Source: Stegostoma tigrinum
Taxonomy: Eukaryota
Direction of reading: 5' to 3'
Length of the DNA stretch: 64,000 nt
NCBI RefSeq assembly: GCF_030684315.1
Contig: NC_081386.1
Span: 30,485,020-30,549,019, forward strand
The translations under genes and the position numbers were made by a program. Position 1 is the first letter of the stretch; each line of letters starts with the position of its first letter. This document shows positions 38,370 to 52,030 of this stretch, one piece after another. The notes under the pieces are model-generated. The model was not told the DNA's origin, did not search any database, and saw nothing but the letters and a program-made list of their open reading frames with translations.

Positions 38370-39245
38370 CCTTAAATGAAGAAACAGCTTCTCTACTAGC
38401 ACTGCATCTGCAGTTGCAATGATATATCTGGTTGTTCATATTCATCTGTGTTACTGAAGTGACTACTGCCCTTTGCAAGTCTCAAGTTGCCTCATAAATT
38501 GACTTGTATTGAGAGTGCTGCAGATTTACACTCTGACTCCAATGCTGTATTCTGGCAGCGAATTAATAGTCTTATCAAAGTGAAGTTTAGCTTTCTGCTG
38601 TTTTACCTTGATTTTGTCCCTCATGCCTATTACTACGTCTGGATTCAATAGTATTTTTCACTATTTGAAGAGTAGTTAGTAGTTGTACTTCCCATTCAAC
38701 GACTGCCTTGTCCAAGTCTGTACTGGATTTGCCTGATTTCTTTATGCTTCCTTTGGAAATTTTCATTACAGTTTCAGCCTTTGCATTTTACTGGGGATAG
38801 TGTGGATGATATTTGATATTGAATTTCCAATCTTTTAGGAAACAACTCAGCTCCTGAATTAAGACCTGTTGTCATTCATCACAATGTTTGGAATACCATT
38901 ACACCTGAAGTATGCTCTCAAAAACTCTACAATCTCCCTGGTAGTTTTTGACATCAGCTGGTCTAACTCCTGGTCATCAGAATAGTTCTCGAGGTTGACA
39001 AGGTATTCACTTACAGCAAGAAATGAAGAGGTCTACTTTAAGCTTCATGTCTGGGTGTCATGTGTCATAAAAGCCTCTTCAGCGTTCTTACTTTGGTATT
39101 CACTACAAATACTGCACTGGCTGATGCGGTCCTTAATCTCATTGCCTATGTTTGGCCAGTAGAGCACTTCTTTGCCTTCTTCAGATGACATTCAATTCCT
39201 TGATGGCTGGTATGGATCTCTTTTCTCATCTCCTTACAAGAACTA
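37930..39245 (-). mobile_element. Gypsy pol integrase fragment
   Basis: Integrase zinc finger RKEIHTSHQGIE...WPN...QCSIC, followed by decayed core (GIPNIVMNDN.., HYPQ*NAKAETV). Distinct from the two LTR-bounded copies. Confidence 0.75.
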
Positions 39246-40271
39246 AGTCCAAGGCAATAATTTGTAATGCAGCAGAAAGTATTGCAGTAATTTAATAGCT
39301 TAATTGATGTGAAGCAGAATGTCTGAAACCTTTGACTAACTTTACCAATCACGCATACGAAAACAAAGAAAGGTAGGGTTCAGAGCTATGTATGAAAACA
39401 ATCCGATTCCAATCTGAAGGAAGAAGATGCAGAACTACAGCAGTTTCACAGAGCAACTATTGTTTCATTTTCTTTTGTTGCTGTTACAAAATATATAGGT
39501 AGAACTTGTGGATGGCTAAAAAAAAAGTAAATGTAGCCAATTGCAAAGGAGAGTTTGTGGACGTTTAACGTGGGAAAATTTGAGGCAAAATGTTTGGGAT
39601 GGTAAATAAAGAGAGAACATATTCACTAAATTACTAAACTGTAAGAGGATAAGATAAGTAAATATAATTGGCCTCACATTGTTTTTAATATATATTTAGA
39701 GGAAACATTTTTAAATAAGTTTTTTTTTAAAAGATTAGTTTAAAAGGACAGATCATAGGGTTAGGGTATGCTCCAGTTGAATATTCTGTCTAATGTGTGG
39801 TGTTACTTTAGGAAGATGCCAAGATCAGGGCATCTACCAAGATGGTAGAAAGGATTCACCAAGACAAAAGCAGAGAAGCAAATATAATTAGGATATGGAA
39901 TGACCTACTGAAAATGTCAGTTGAAATGCTGATCATATTGCCAAAAAATGCATATAAATGTCAAAATATGAGAGATAACTATTGATCTAAAGTAGAAGGA
40001 TTTTTGAGTTCGGACTGATACCACTCAGCATGTAACCGTAGAATTTTGGTCATTTAGTACATAATCATTACAGTTTCAGCCTTTGCATTTTACTGGGGAT
40101 AGTGTGGATGATATTTGATATTGAATTTCCAATCTTTTAGGAAACAACTCAGCTCCTGAATTAAGACCTGTTGTCATTCATCACAATGTTTGGAATACCA
40201 TTACACCTGAAGTATGCTCTCAAAAACTCTACAATCTCCCTGGTAGTTTTTGACATCGGCTGGTCTAACTC
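38763..40271. repeat. 207-bp direct duplication (38763-38969 / 40065-40271)
   Basis: One mismatch seen (CATCAGC vs CATCGGC). The copied segment is integrase-core DNA. Confidence 0.95.
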
Positions 40272-42319
40272 TCTGTCTCTGCAAAGAACTATCCACTTCA
40301 TTTAATTTGGTTGTACTTTTTCTGGAACCTTTACAATTTTTCTTCAAATATTATCCATCTTCCTTTTAAAAAATCATTGTAGATTCTCTAATGTTCAACT
40401 CCATGTGGGCGAGTGCCTTTGCCAATCTGCCTGCTGCTCCTGTGCTGCTTGTGTATTTCAGTGAAGTCACAAATTGCTGACACCCTGGAGTCCTATCATG
40501 CCTACAACTGAGAGCCAGCAACCATTGATGCTCTTTCTTTGGACAGCCATGGACACATGGCAGTGACATGCTCACTAGCATGTGTACTCGACCGTAATCT
40601 AGCTAAAATAGCCACCAAATATCTGAGTTGTTGGAGGGTACAGAAGTCAGCCTTGCTGGTACAGCCTGCAAGGGATCTATGGCTTTTTCCTCAGAGGTGG
40701 AAGAAGTGGTATCTTGATGGACTATACCACTTGCTGTCAAGTCTTTACCGATGCTATTCATATGACAGAAGACAAAAGAGAGAATGTGAAATAAGTGGTA
40801 GAAGTTGATCCACATTAAGAATACTTTCAGAACGGCAATAATGGGAAAGCAGCAGCACAGTGGCCGATGCTTGGTTGTCAGAACATTGGGCACACAAGCA
40901 GCCATGATCCTCATCAGCAAGGGCAAGCATTCTTTCCTCAAAGTGAATTAGGATCCATATGTTGGGCACCACAGCACCCGTCTTAGCTCTCCACCCTTAT
41001 TATGGGCTGTATTTTTTTTCTCGGAATAAGATATAGGGAGGGATTGAGTGAGATGAAACTAGAGGGCACAGCTGTTAGTGCTAATAAAGGTGGGAATGGT
41101 GTTGAGGTGTCACAGGCAAGTAGGCAATGCAGAGGGTCGGGGTATTGGGTGTAAGAGCAATCAAGAGGAGTTGTTGCAAGCAACAGTGAGAGTGGTAGAC
41201 CTTGACCCTTGTTGGGAACTGGTTGCAGTAGCAGAGATAAAGTGAATACGAGGTATCAGAGACAGATGATGGTGGCACTTAACCTTATGGAGTGCAGAAT
41301 GTCTTTGAACACTGGGCGTTCCTCCAGTCTGTGGAACTAGGAACCATGGACTGACCCAGGTGACTACCTTAGACAAGGCTGGTGACATGGACTCCTGTGC
41401 TGGTCCTGCTGATTGAGCATGAGCCTCCACTGCACCACACCATCCACCAGGACATCTACATCCCTGTCTACCAAGTGGGATACTAATTTTCCTCTGTACA
41501 TTGTATCTGAAACAATTCACAATAACCAAGCAAGGCAAATCCAGACTGATATCATTTGACCTAGTACTCAACTGCATTTTATATAGAGAGTACTTCCATA
41601 TGCAGCAAGATATGTGGTGTATAAATAATAAGGCAAGTTTAGGAAGATAATGTAAGAAAATTCATTATGCCCCACAGAAACTCATCATGAAGCTCAACAA
41701 AATTGACACTTGAGCCGCCTACTGGTAAAATTCAGCCCTCCAAGATCATTTTGTGTGTAATGCTCTATATTGCTGTCTAATGATGAACTCTACACTCTGA
41801 ACACATAATAAATCAGGAAGAAAATTGTTGAAATATTTCAAACAAAAAGAAATTACTTCACTGGGGTGGGCTGTGTTTTTGAATGTAATAGATCTGTACA
41901 GTGGATAATTTAAGTTGTATTAGATCCCATCAATATTCACAGCTCTTTATGTTTTTATAGAACATGACAAGGTAAAGGATGCATTTGACAGTGCTATCTG
42001 GTATGATAAAAAAACGTTCAATTTCTGTATAATTATAATACGTCCATAACTTTGCTTCTTTCCTATGGAAGGATCTCATTTGCTGTAAAATATTGGCTGT
42101 TTATATTGTGAAACTTGTAATGTTTGGACGGGTACTTATCAATATGAAATTACATCATATTGGATTTTCTTCAAAATAAATTAAAAACTTATGCATACCC
42201 ACTGAGCCACAGCTAACATCTACACATGAAACAGGAGCAGGAATAGCCATGTGATCCTCTCAAACCAGCTCCAAAGTTAATGTGACAGAGTCACAGAGTT
42301 ATACAGCACAGGAACAGTC

Positions 42320-42640
42320 CACACTGACGCGCAGCTTAATGTTCCAGAGAATAGATACTAAAGGAAGGATAGAAAAGGAGGAAATAGAGGAGGGGGAGAG
42401 GTGTTTATGGTTAGAGATAATATTATGGCTGTACTTGGAGAAGATATTTTTGGGAGATGGTCTCATGAAGTTATATGGGTGAAATTGAAAAATAAGAAAG
42501 GGGTGATCACCTTGTTGGGATTGTATTGTAGGTCCCCCAATTATCAGTTGGATATGGAGAATCAAATATCTAAGGAGATCTCAGATATTTGTAACAATAA
42601 TAGGCTTGTAATGGTAGGGGATTTTAACTTTCCAACATAG
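42320..42640 (+). mobile_element. CR1 endonuclease fragment
   Basis: EVIWVKLKNKKGVITLLGLYCRSPN...VMVGDFNFP, an APE motif. Confidence 0.85.
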
Positions 42641-42644
42641 AATA

Positions 42645-44850
42645 ATATTTGGTCCATATCCCTCTAAATGCTTCCTATTTGTATATCCATCCAGATACCT
42701 TTTAAATGTTGGAATTGTACCTGTCCACCACTTCCTTTGGTAGCTCATTCCATATGTGCACCATGTCTGTGTGGAAAAAGTTACCCCTCAGGTCCTTTTC
42801 TAAGTCTTTCTCTTCTCTAAACCTATGCCCTATAATTTTTGACTCTCCAACCCTTGGAAAAAGACCTTGGCTATTCACCCTATCCGTGGCCATCATGATT
42901 TTGTAAACCTCTATAAGGTCACCACTCAGGCTTCAGTGTTCCAGGGAAAAAGCCCCAGCCTATTCAGCCTCTCCCTGTAACTCAAACCCTCCAGTCCCAG
43001 CAACACCCTTGTAAATCATTTCTGCTTCCTCTCAGAATTAACAGCATCTTTACTCCAGAGGGACAACCAGAATTATATGCAGCATTCTAAAAGTGGCATC
43101 ATCAATGTCCTGTACAGCCACAACATGATGCCCCAACTCCTGTACTCACTGTTCTGACTAATGAAGGCAAGTGTGCCAAATACCTTGAACACCCTGTCTA
43201 CCTGAAACTCCACTTTCAAGGAATTATGCACCTCTTTGTTTGGCAACACTCCCCAGGGAGTATACTATTAATTGTACAAGTCCTGCTCTGGTTTGCCTGA
43301 CAAAAATGCAACACATCACATTTATCTAAATTAACCACCATCTGTCATTTCTCGGCCCATTGGCCCATCTGATCAAATTCCCATTGTACTCTGAGATAAT
43401 CTTCTTCATTGCCCACTACACCACCAATTTTGGTGCTATCCACAGACTTATGAACCATACCTCCTATATTCATATTCAAATTATTTGTATACACGATGAA
43501 AAGCAGTGGGCCCAGCATCGATCCTTGTGGAGCACTGCTAGTTACAGGCCTCCAATCTAAAAAGTAACCTCAACCACCACCCTCTGTCTCCTACCTTCAA
43601 AGCAGTTTTGTATCCAATTGGCTAGCTCCCCCTGGATCCCATGTAATCTAATCTTACCAACCAGTCTACCATGCGGGACCTTGTTGAATGGTTATGAAGT
43701 TCATATAGACCACGTTTACTGGTCTGCCTTCATCAATTTTCTTTGTCACCTCTTCAGAAACTCAATACAACTAGTGACACATGATTTTCCACATACAAAG
43801 TCATGTTGACTATGCCTAATCGATCCTTGCCTTTCCAAATGCTTGTAAAGAATTTCTTCCAACAACTTACCCACCAGTGACATAAGGCTCACCAGTCTAT
43901 AGTTCCCTGGCTTTTTCCCTACAGTCTTCCTCAAATAGAGGCATCCCACATGAGCCAGTCTTCTGGCTCCTTACCTGTGGCTGTCAATGATACAAATATC
44001 TCAGCAAGGGGACTGGCAATCTCTTCCCTAGCTTCTCTCAAGGTTCTGGGAAACTTGATTCTACCTCTCCACCTTTTAGAACCCTCAGCACCTCATCTTC
44101 CGTAATATGAACTCTTTTCAAGACATCACTTTTTATTTCTCCAAGTTCCCTAGCTTTCATGTCCTTCTCCATAGTAAATATTGGAAATATTCATTTAGTA
44201 TCTCACCCGTCTCCTGTAGTTCCACATAGAGATGGCCTCATTGATCTTTAAGGGATCCTATTCTCTCCCTAGTTATTCTCTTGATTTTAATGTACTGATT
44301 CTGTTTGTGTTCTCCTTAACTCTGTTTGTCAAAGCTATCTCATGCTCCCTTTTTGCCCTCCTGATTTCCCTCTTAAAATATTCTCCTATTGCCCTTATAC
44401 TCCTCCAGGGATTCACTTGGTCACAGCTGTCTATACCTGATAAATGCCTCCTTTTTCTTGACCAGTGTCTTAATTTCATTACTAAAAACCAAAAGAACTG
44501 TGATGCTATAAATCAGGAACAAAAACAAAGTTGCTGGAAAAGCTCAGCAGGTCTGGCAGCATCTGTGAAAGAAAAAACACAGTTAATGTTTCGGGTCTGG
44601 TAACCCTTCCTCAAAATTCTCTAGTTGTCCAGCATCCCTGACGCTTACCAGACTTGCTGTCCACACTAACAGTAATATACTTTCCCTGAATTCTTGTAAT
44701 TTCATTTTTAAAGGACTCCCACTTCCCAACTGTCCCTATCGAAATTTAACTTTTTGATTAGTTCTATAATTTTCCGTAACAACTTTAAAATTAATATAGT
44801 CATGATCACTTGTCTCAAAGTGCTTCAACACTGACACCTCAGTCATTTGC
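42645..44850 (-). mobile_element. CR1 LINE ORF2 and 3' end
   Basis: KPGNYRLVSLMSLVGKLLE, SQHDFVCGKSC, KREIRRAKREHEIAL, DLRGNFF...VHIWNELP. Confidence 0.9.
44490..44618 (-). mobile_element. Penelope-like 3' remnant with hammerhead variant, nested in CR1
   Basis: Homologous to ~25590-25690. The - strand reads UUGAGGA-A-GGGUU(ACCA)GACCC-GAAAC-AUU-AACU. Confidence 0.8.
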
Positions 44851-45496
44851 CTACAACCAAAGGTAAGTAAGAAATATGAATTTATGTCATAATTCTACAT
44901 CTCTGCTATTCCTTCTTAACTGTTCCACTTGACAAAGATACAAGATGTGGATATTAAGGATAGAAAAAGAAGAAAAAGTGATATGCAAAAAACATTTTGA
45001 TAGAACAGGCTGAACCATAGAATTTGAGTTGTGTTCTTTCTCTTCCGTTCAGTTCCTTTTCAGTTCTTTACTGTTGACACATGGTTTTTGCACACATGCC
45101 TTTTTTTATTCACTAGTTAAAAATTTGTCCTTTCATGGTATTTAATGGCATTTTATTCCTCCTTCAATAGCAAATTTGCAAAGAACACTGAAAAGTGTCT
45201 AGATGTTACTAGAGACATGCTAGTACCTCCACACAGAAGAGGGTGACACAGGTTTGTTTTTGATGCTTTCTTTTTGTAGTCTCTGATATTAATATGACAC
45301 TGGCTCCAAAAAGCCCTGGTCGCCTGGTCAGGAGCCAATCAGAATATTGTTGCCAAGAGGTGTCCTTTGGGTCAGAATCCAGGTGACTCTGTGGTATCTG
45401 CCCCTGTTCCCAGGAAAATGCACATGATATAAAATTCATACAAAAAAACGTGCTCCCGTGAATATGACTTTTAAAATAACAGACATCTCTATGTAC

Positions 45497-45567
45497 CAGA
45501 GACAGTAGGAACTGCGGATGCTGGAGAATCTGAGATAACAAGGTGTAGAGCTGGATGTACACAGCAC
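45497..45567 (-). mobile_element. Penelope-like terminal remnant
   Basis: GGAACTGCGGATGCTGGAGAATCTGAGATAACAAGGTGTAGAGCTGGATG matches ~24717-24770. Confidence 0.75.
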
Positions 45568-46544
45568 CATCTGTTTGATTTAAAGGAGTATCTTTTTTAT
45601 TGCCCACAGTTGTAAATAAAGGAAATAAAAAGATGTGGTTGTACACATTCACTTCCATCATTCTCAATACTGCCCCCCCTCCCCCATTGTCTTATTGCAG
45701 GAAAAATTGGCCAACCTCTTGGACTGGTGTCTCCACAGTACCCCAACTGACCGACCTGTAATTCACACAGATTACTTTAGACCCATCCTAGTTTGCAAGG
45801 AAACAGTTCCCCTGACTCTGGTAGGACTAATTGCCTGACTGACTGCAGTCAATCCTTTGGACTGGAATCTGATGAGCCCTTTGACAGACTGTGGGAGTAC
45901 CCCCGATTGACTGTAATCCCCTGAGGACTGTTGCCCTTTGACTTTCACATATCGTATAGTGACGGGTCCACCCCATTGATGGCTGAGTGCTCCCGATTCT
46001 GACAAGCTGCCACTCTCCCTCCTTTTCATGACAAGCTTTTAACTGAGCACTAAAAACCCTATGTGTTAAAGCAGTATGACCCATGCGGAGGTGGCAGCCT
46101 GTAAATCAATGCTGAAGTCAGTAATTAAGAAAGCAATATGAAGTGGACAGAGTCAGCCTTCAACTAAGTGCAAAGTTGTGAGTGTGCTAAGAATCAAAGT
46201 TAGAACTGTGAGATGCATCCTGTATAATGTGTTAGATGCAAGTGGGTCCCCGGATGCAAAGGAAAGCATGGCAAAAGCATGAGGTCCTAGGTGTCCCTGA
46301 GCTCTAAAGTTGAAATTGATGGGTTGAAGTGGTGTAAAAATGATCCAAGGCATGATGATATGGTGATATGGCCTGCTGATGCCAAATTGAGTGAACAAAG
46401 GTTCAAGGAGGATGGTAGCCATGGAGCTTGCAGGGACTTCATTTTGAACAAGCATGATGGTCAGGTCAAGCATTCAGTGAGCTGCAGTTGTCAGGCACAA
46501 TTTCTGGTTTATATATCAGGAATTATGCTAATTTGTTTCTCAGT

Positions 46545-47515
46545 AGAGGACTTTTGTTTGTGATTTATTTAAATGATTTGGATGAGAATAGAGGAGCCAT
46601 GGGTAGTAAGTTTGTAGATGACACTGACATTGGTTGTATAGTGGACAGTGATGGAGGTTATTTAAGATTAAAAAGAGATCTTAATTAATTGGGCCAATGG
46701 GCTGAGGAATGGCAGATGGAATTTGATTTGGATAAATGCAAGTAATGGCATTTTGGTAAAACAAACAAAGGCAGGACATATACAAATAATGGTAGGGCTA
46801 TTAGCGTTGTAGAATGGAGAGACCTAAGGCTTCAGATACATAATTCTTTAAAATTTGTGTAATAGGTAGACAGGGTGGTTAAGAAGGCATTTAGCATGTT
46901 TGCCGTCATTGCTCATATTTTTGAGTATAAGGTTGGGACGTCATGTTGAGGTTGCATATGGAGTTGGTGAGATCTCTTTTGGAATGCTTTGTGCAGTTCT
47001 GATCTCCCTGTTATGGGAAGGATATTTTTAAACTGAAGAAGGTTCAGAAAAGATTTTCCAGGATGTTGCCAGAAATGGAGGGTTTGAGTTATAAAAATAG
47101 GCTGGGATGTCTGAGACTTCTTTCCCTATAGTGTATAAGTTTGAGGGCTGACTTTATACAGGTTTATAACATTATGAGAGACATAGATAAAATGAATAGT
47201 AAAGGTTTTTGTTCCCTGAGGTGGGGGAGTTCAAAATTAGGGGGCTTATTTTTAAGGTGAGAGGAGAAAGATTTTAAAAGGACATGAGGGACAGCTTTTT
47301 TATGCAGAGTGGTTAATGTGTAGAATGGACCACCAGAGGAAATAGTGGATGCAGGTACAGTTACAATGTTTAAAGACATTTGAATAAGTACATGAATAGG
47401 AAAGGTTTTGAGGGATGTGGGTCAAATGCAGGTAGGTGGAACTAGTTTAGTTTGGGAACATGATCAGCATGGACTATTTGGACCAAAGAGTCTGTTTCCA
47501 TGAGGTACGACTCGG
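46545..47515 (+). mobile_element. CR1 LINE RT C-terminus and 3'UTR
   Basis: LFVIYLNDLDE...SKFVDDT, WAEEWQMEF, and a typical CR1 tail. Confidence 0.9.
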
Positions 47516-47881
47516 TGAGAGAAGGATTGGAAATGACATATAACTGAGACAAGTTGGTGCTTTAATGAAATGTGCAAATACATAGAAATAAGCTTTTCAC
47601 CGCCCAAGGTGAAAGCATTTAAGACTTGAGGGGAAAATGATGAAAGTTTTCTGAACATCAAAAGTCTGACTTTCATTTTTCATACTCACCTTTCCCACCA
47701 TTGCTCCCATCACACCAGAGAGAGAGAGACAAATTCCACCTTATGTATCTTAAAGTCATTACATTGCAGAAGGAAGTCATTCAACTTGTCAAGTCATTTT
47801 TTTTTTACACAATAAGAGTACACTGCCTGAAAGCATCCTGAAAACAGATTCAGTACTCACATTTTAAAAGAATTGGATAAT

Positions 47882-48618
47882 GTTTTGGAGTAGATCTGTA
47901 GCTCGGGTTGTGAGTGTTGACATTGGTTGGCTCGCCAAGCTGGTTTGTTGTTCGCAGCCGTTTTGTTACAGTGCTTGGTAACATCCTCAGTGCAGCCTCT
48001 GATGAAGCATTGGTGTGTTTTCCTGCCTGGTTTTTAAACCTGGGGTCCGTTGCGATGGATTGCCTCACTTCCGGGTTTTCTCTGTAGTGGAATGTATACG
48101 GGGTTGAGTTCAATGTGTATTAATAGTCTGCTTCATGGAGTGCCATGCTTCCAGGAATCCTCGTGCTTGTCTCTGCCTAGCCTGTCCCAGGATCTTGGTG
48201 TTTTCCCAGTTGAAGTCATGGTTCTCCTTGTCCATGTGGATTGAGATGAGTGAGTATTGGTCGTGTCCTTTTGTGGCCACATGCAAACAGACACGACCAG
48301 TACTCACTCATCTCAATCCACATGGACAAGGAGAACCACGACTTCGACTGGGACAACACCAAGATCCTGGTACAGGCTAGGCAGAGACAAGCACGAGGAT
48401 TCCTGGAAGCATGGCACTCCACGAAGCAGACTATTAATACACATTGAACTCAACCCCGTATACATTCCACTACAGAGAAAACCCGGAAGTGAGGCAATCC
48501 ATAGCAACGGACCCCAGAGTTTAAAAACCAGGCAGGTAAACACACCGACGCTTCTTCAGAGGCTGCTACCAAGCGCGGTAACGAAACGTCTGCCCAACAA
48601 CAAACCAGCTCGGCAACC
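47882..48618. mobile_element. Penelope-like fold-back (second family) with ~330-bp inverted arms
   Basis: Arms ~47934-48267 and 48290-48614 with a 22-nt loop. Encodes a GIY-YIG C-terminus (SLISIHMDKENHDFDWDNTKIL...RGFLEAWH) on both strands. Confidence 0.92.
47954..47993 (-). ncRNA. Degenerate hammerhead motif
   Basis: GCA-CUGAGGA-U-GUUAC(CAAGCACU)GUAAC-AAAAC-GGC-UGC. Stems I and II are intact; G12 and the cleavage triplet are mutated. Confidence 0.5.
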
Positions 48619-51600
48619 TCAAGAACTGGATAAATATATGAAGGGGAAAAATTGCACAATGATCGGGAATGGCAGAAGAAGTGGGACTCTTTGGACAGTA
48701 CTACCAAAGAGCTGGCACAGCCAGAATGCATAGCCTCCTTTGCTGTAGAATTCATGATTCAACCATGACATAACTGGTGCACCATTATTTGGTAAATAAT
48801 GAGCAGGAACAAATAAATTGTTGAAAATATTGTAACTCTTTAATAGGATTCCACTCTTAGATAAAAATACAACCAGACATAACTACAGGTAATGAAATCC
48901 ATTTAATATATTCTTACAGGAACTGCTTTTGGTGTTTTTTATCTGATAACTTGCCAGGAATTAACTGAAATGCCATGAATATAATTCTCTGACTTAATTT
49001 TAAATATTTTAACTCAGAGGATGTTGTCAAACAAATTATTTTTGCTCTAGGCTTTAAACTTGATACGGTTTTGGCATTTGTAAACAATCAAATTCATACA
49101 ATGTTTTGCACAATTAGCTGTGTTGTTAATGATCACCCTATTCCATCGTACTCACTGTTTAGATCAAGATTTGTGAGTTACCTGCCCTAACCTAATCTGT
49201 GGGCTTTTAAGGGTGTATTTACAACACAAATACATTTTGCTGCAATGCAGTTTCACTTCACAATAACGTCACAGTTGCTGTATAAAAACAGACTGAAACA
49301 GGTGTCAGCGCACTAATTTACACTCAAAGTTTAAAATTGTGCAAAGCGCACATCATGCCACTGCTAAACCTGTAAAGTCTGAATGTACTTTGAAGTCCAA
49401 GGTTGGTATCACCTGATAGCAAGGTCATGATTTATTTTCTTTCCTCTCTTGTTCTCTTTAACCACACTGCTGTCCTGCTGAAATAAGCCTTGACCTTGCA
49501 GCTTCAGTCTTCAAGAATAAACCACTTTGACAGATGCAAGTCAGTTGTAGATGATACTGAAAACTGCTTTAGTTTAAGAAAGTTATTTCCTTTGATGATT
49601 TGAATTACAATGCAATATAATATTGTTTGCAATATTTTTCTGGTATTTGTAGTTCCTGATTATTTGAACACTGTCGCCAGACTATTACCACAAAGTGGAC
49701 ACAATTAATGCACTCTGTAACTTCCCCGTGCTCTGTGTACAGAAATACCTGATATGACTTCTTTCAAAGCATTTAGCCAATCGGTTTGGTAATATGATCT
49801 ACAAGAGAGAGGATGTGGTCTAACTGAATTAGCTGATTCATGGAGTTAACATTCTCAAGGTCATATTTTTCTTAAATGGTCTCTTCCTGTGCAACAACCA
49901 TTCCATAATTTTACGTAAAACAGCATTGTCAGATAAATTGTAAAACTATTTTAGATTTCATTTGTTACTGATATCAAAAGTCATTCAGAAACAGATAAAC
50001 ATTTTTTCCTCAACCTAAGTTGGTAACCTTTCCAGTTTTGACAATTTCTCAAAACTATTTCTATGGATATACTTGCTGGGAATATAATTCTAACTTTGTG
50101 CCAAAATTTGCAATTTCACTTAAGGGAGCCATTTTTCATCTGTGCTTTAAGTAGTTTCAATTGAATATTAAACTGTTGGAGATATCACGGCTGAAGCCCA
50201 ACCTGAAGTTAATTCTGCTACTCCAACCACATGCCCCAGCTAACTGAGCTGAGGCTGGCAATTGACTCAGGGTCATTGCTGTATCTGGATGGGGCAGTTC
50301 CACAGTATGCAGCGTATTAATCAATCTGTTGTTGCGCAGCTATGTTGCAAACATAAAAATAGTGCTGGCAGGAAACTACTTTCTACTTCATCCAGTCATA
50401 TAAGACCATAACACATAGATTTTTCAGTCCATTGAGTTTGCTGCATCATTCAGTGTAACTATGACTGATCAGATAACGCTTAGCTTCACTTTTCCTGCTT
50501 TACCTCATAACCGTTGGTTCTGTTACAGATTAAAAATCTGCCTATCTATCTATTTCAGCCTTCAATATACTTAATAATCTGGTCCTTACAGTGTTCTGCA
50601 GTAAAGAATTCTACAGCTTGACTACATTCTGAGAGAAGAAATTCCTCCTAATCTCTGTCCTAACTCGTGTTATTCCTTAATCAGAGATTATGCTCTCTGG
50701 TTCTAGATTTTCCCACAAGGGGAAACATTTTCTCCACCTCTACTCTGTCAAGCTCCCAAAGAGTTTTATATGTTTCAATAAGGATGCGCCACATTCTTCT
50801 GAACACTTACGAGTGCAGGTAAACCTAAGAAAATACCAATATATCAGGTGAAATAACTCCACAGAGGCCTGTATCCCATCACCAAGTCACTCTATTTACA
50901 CATGCATAGCAGTTGACACTGGTCTGGCTTCCTCAGAGCCGGCAGTGAGAACCTCTGACATTCCTGTTTATATCTTTCAGCCAGGGGTCTCTGATTGGAC
51001 CAGGTTAACAGCCCCAGTTAGAGAACACATATTCTATAAGGTCCATCTGGCTGACCTTGTCACAATCAGTACAGAATGCCACCTCTAAATCTGGGGATAT
51101 ATGCCTGTTCTTTTTCTTGTAGCCTCTCCTGGGGCATTTACGCACCTGGGTCTGGTTCCTCCAACTCAGTTTTAGATACAGGCAGCACACGCCAGAATGT
51201 AACCTGCCTCCTGCACCTGGAGCAACTCGGAAAAAATTCATCCTCTTCTTCAGGTGTCAAGGCTGCAACATCTACCATGTGCCTCTCAGGCTCCAAGATT
51301 TCTTTGACGCTAGATGAAGGGAAGCACGCATGGGTTCTGACAGTCTTTTCAAAGGTTCTGAGGGGTCAAGTATGTTTTGCATCTGCCCCGTTTAAAAGGT
51401 TGCAGCTTTCATGTGGTCCAGGTGCTTGTTAAGGACCGCCTCACCTACCCCAATTTTATACATCACAGCATCGTGTGAAGCAGTAGGCTATTTCTTTAAG
51501 CCTGCCTTCAAAGTTTGGATTGCTCTTTCCACGAGATTATTGGACGATGGATGATATGGAACTTTTCTTATATGACAAATGTCGTTTGACATCAGGAAAT

Positions 51601-51834
51601 ACTCAAATTCCCTCCTGGTAAATGATGGCCTGTTGTCAGTAATCAACACTTCTGGGAGAGTGTGTGTTAAAAAGACGCATGCAGCTTTCCATCATCAGCC
51701 CCTTGTTTGAAGAATGAATTCTATGCACGCCCAGCCACTTTGAGTGGGCATCCACAGTGAATGAGAACATTGAGCCCATAAAAGGGCCAGCATAGTCAAC
51801 ATGTACCGAGTCCAGGGTTTACCCAGCCATGCCG

Positions 51835-52030
51835 ATTGTCAGAAAAACCCGTCTGGTTCACTAATGTCCTTTAGGGAAGGAAACTGCCATCTTTACCTGG
51901 TCTGGCCTACATGTGATTCCAGACTGACAGCAATGTGGTTGAGTGTGAACTGCGCTCTAGGCTATTAGGGATGGGCAATAAATACTGTCTAGCCAGCGAC
52001 GCCCTCATCCCAGTAATGAATAAAGAAAAA
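51835..52030 (+). mobile_element. SINE 3' portion nested in Gypsy
   Basis: GGTTCACTAATGTCCTTTAGGGAAGGAAA...GGGCAATAAAT...A-rich tail. A second copy is at 53735-53915. Confidence 0.8.

Noticed and set aside
47999-48030. Additional + strand hammerhead at CTGATGA
   Set aside because: No stem II or GAAA follows.
49380-49420. Possible C15orf61 last exon (tcag|GTGATACCAACCTTG, 'IPTL'), expected upstream by human synteny
   Set aside because: Similarity ends after four residues and the phase is wrong. No upstream neighbour gene could be supported.
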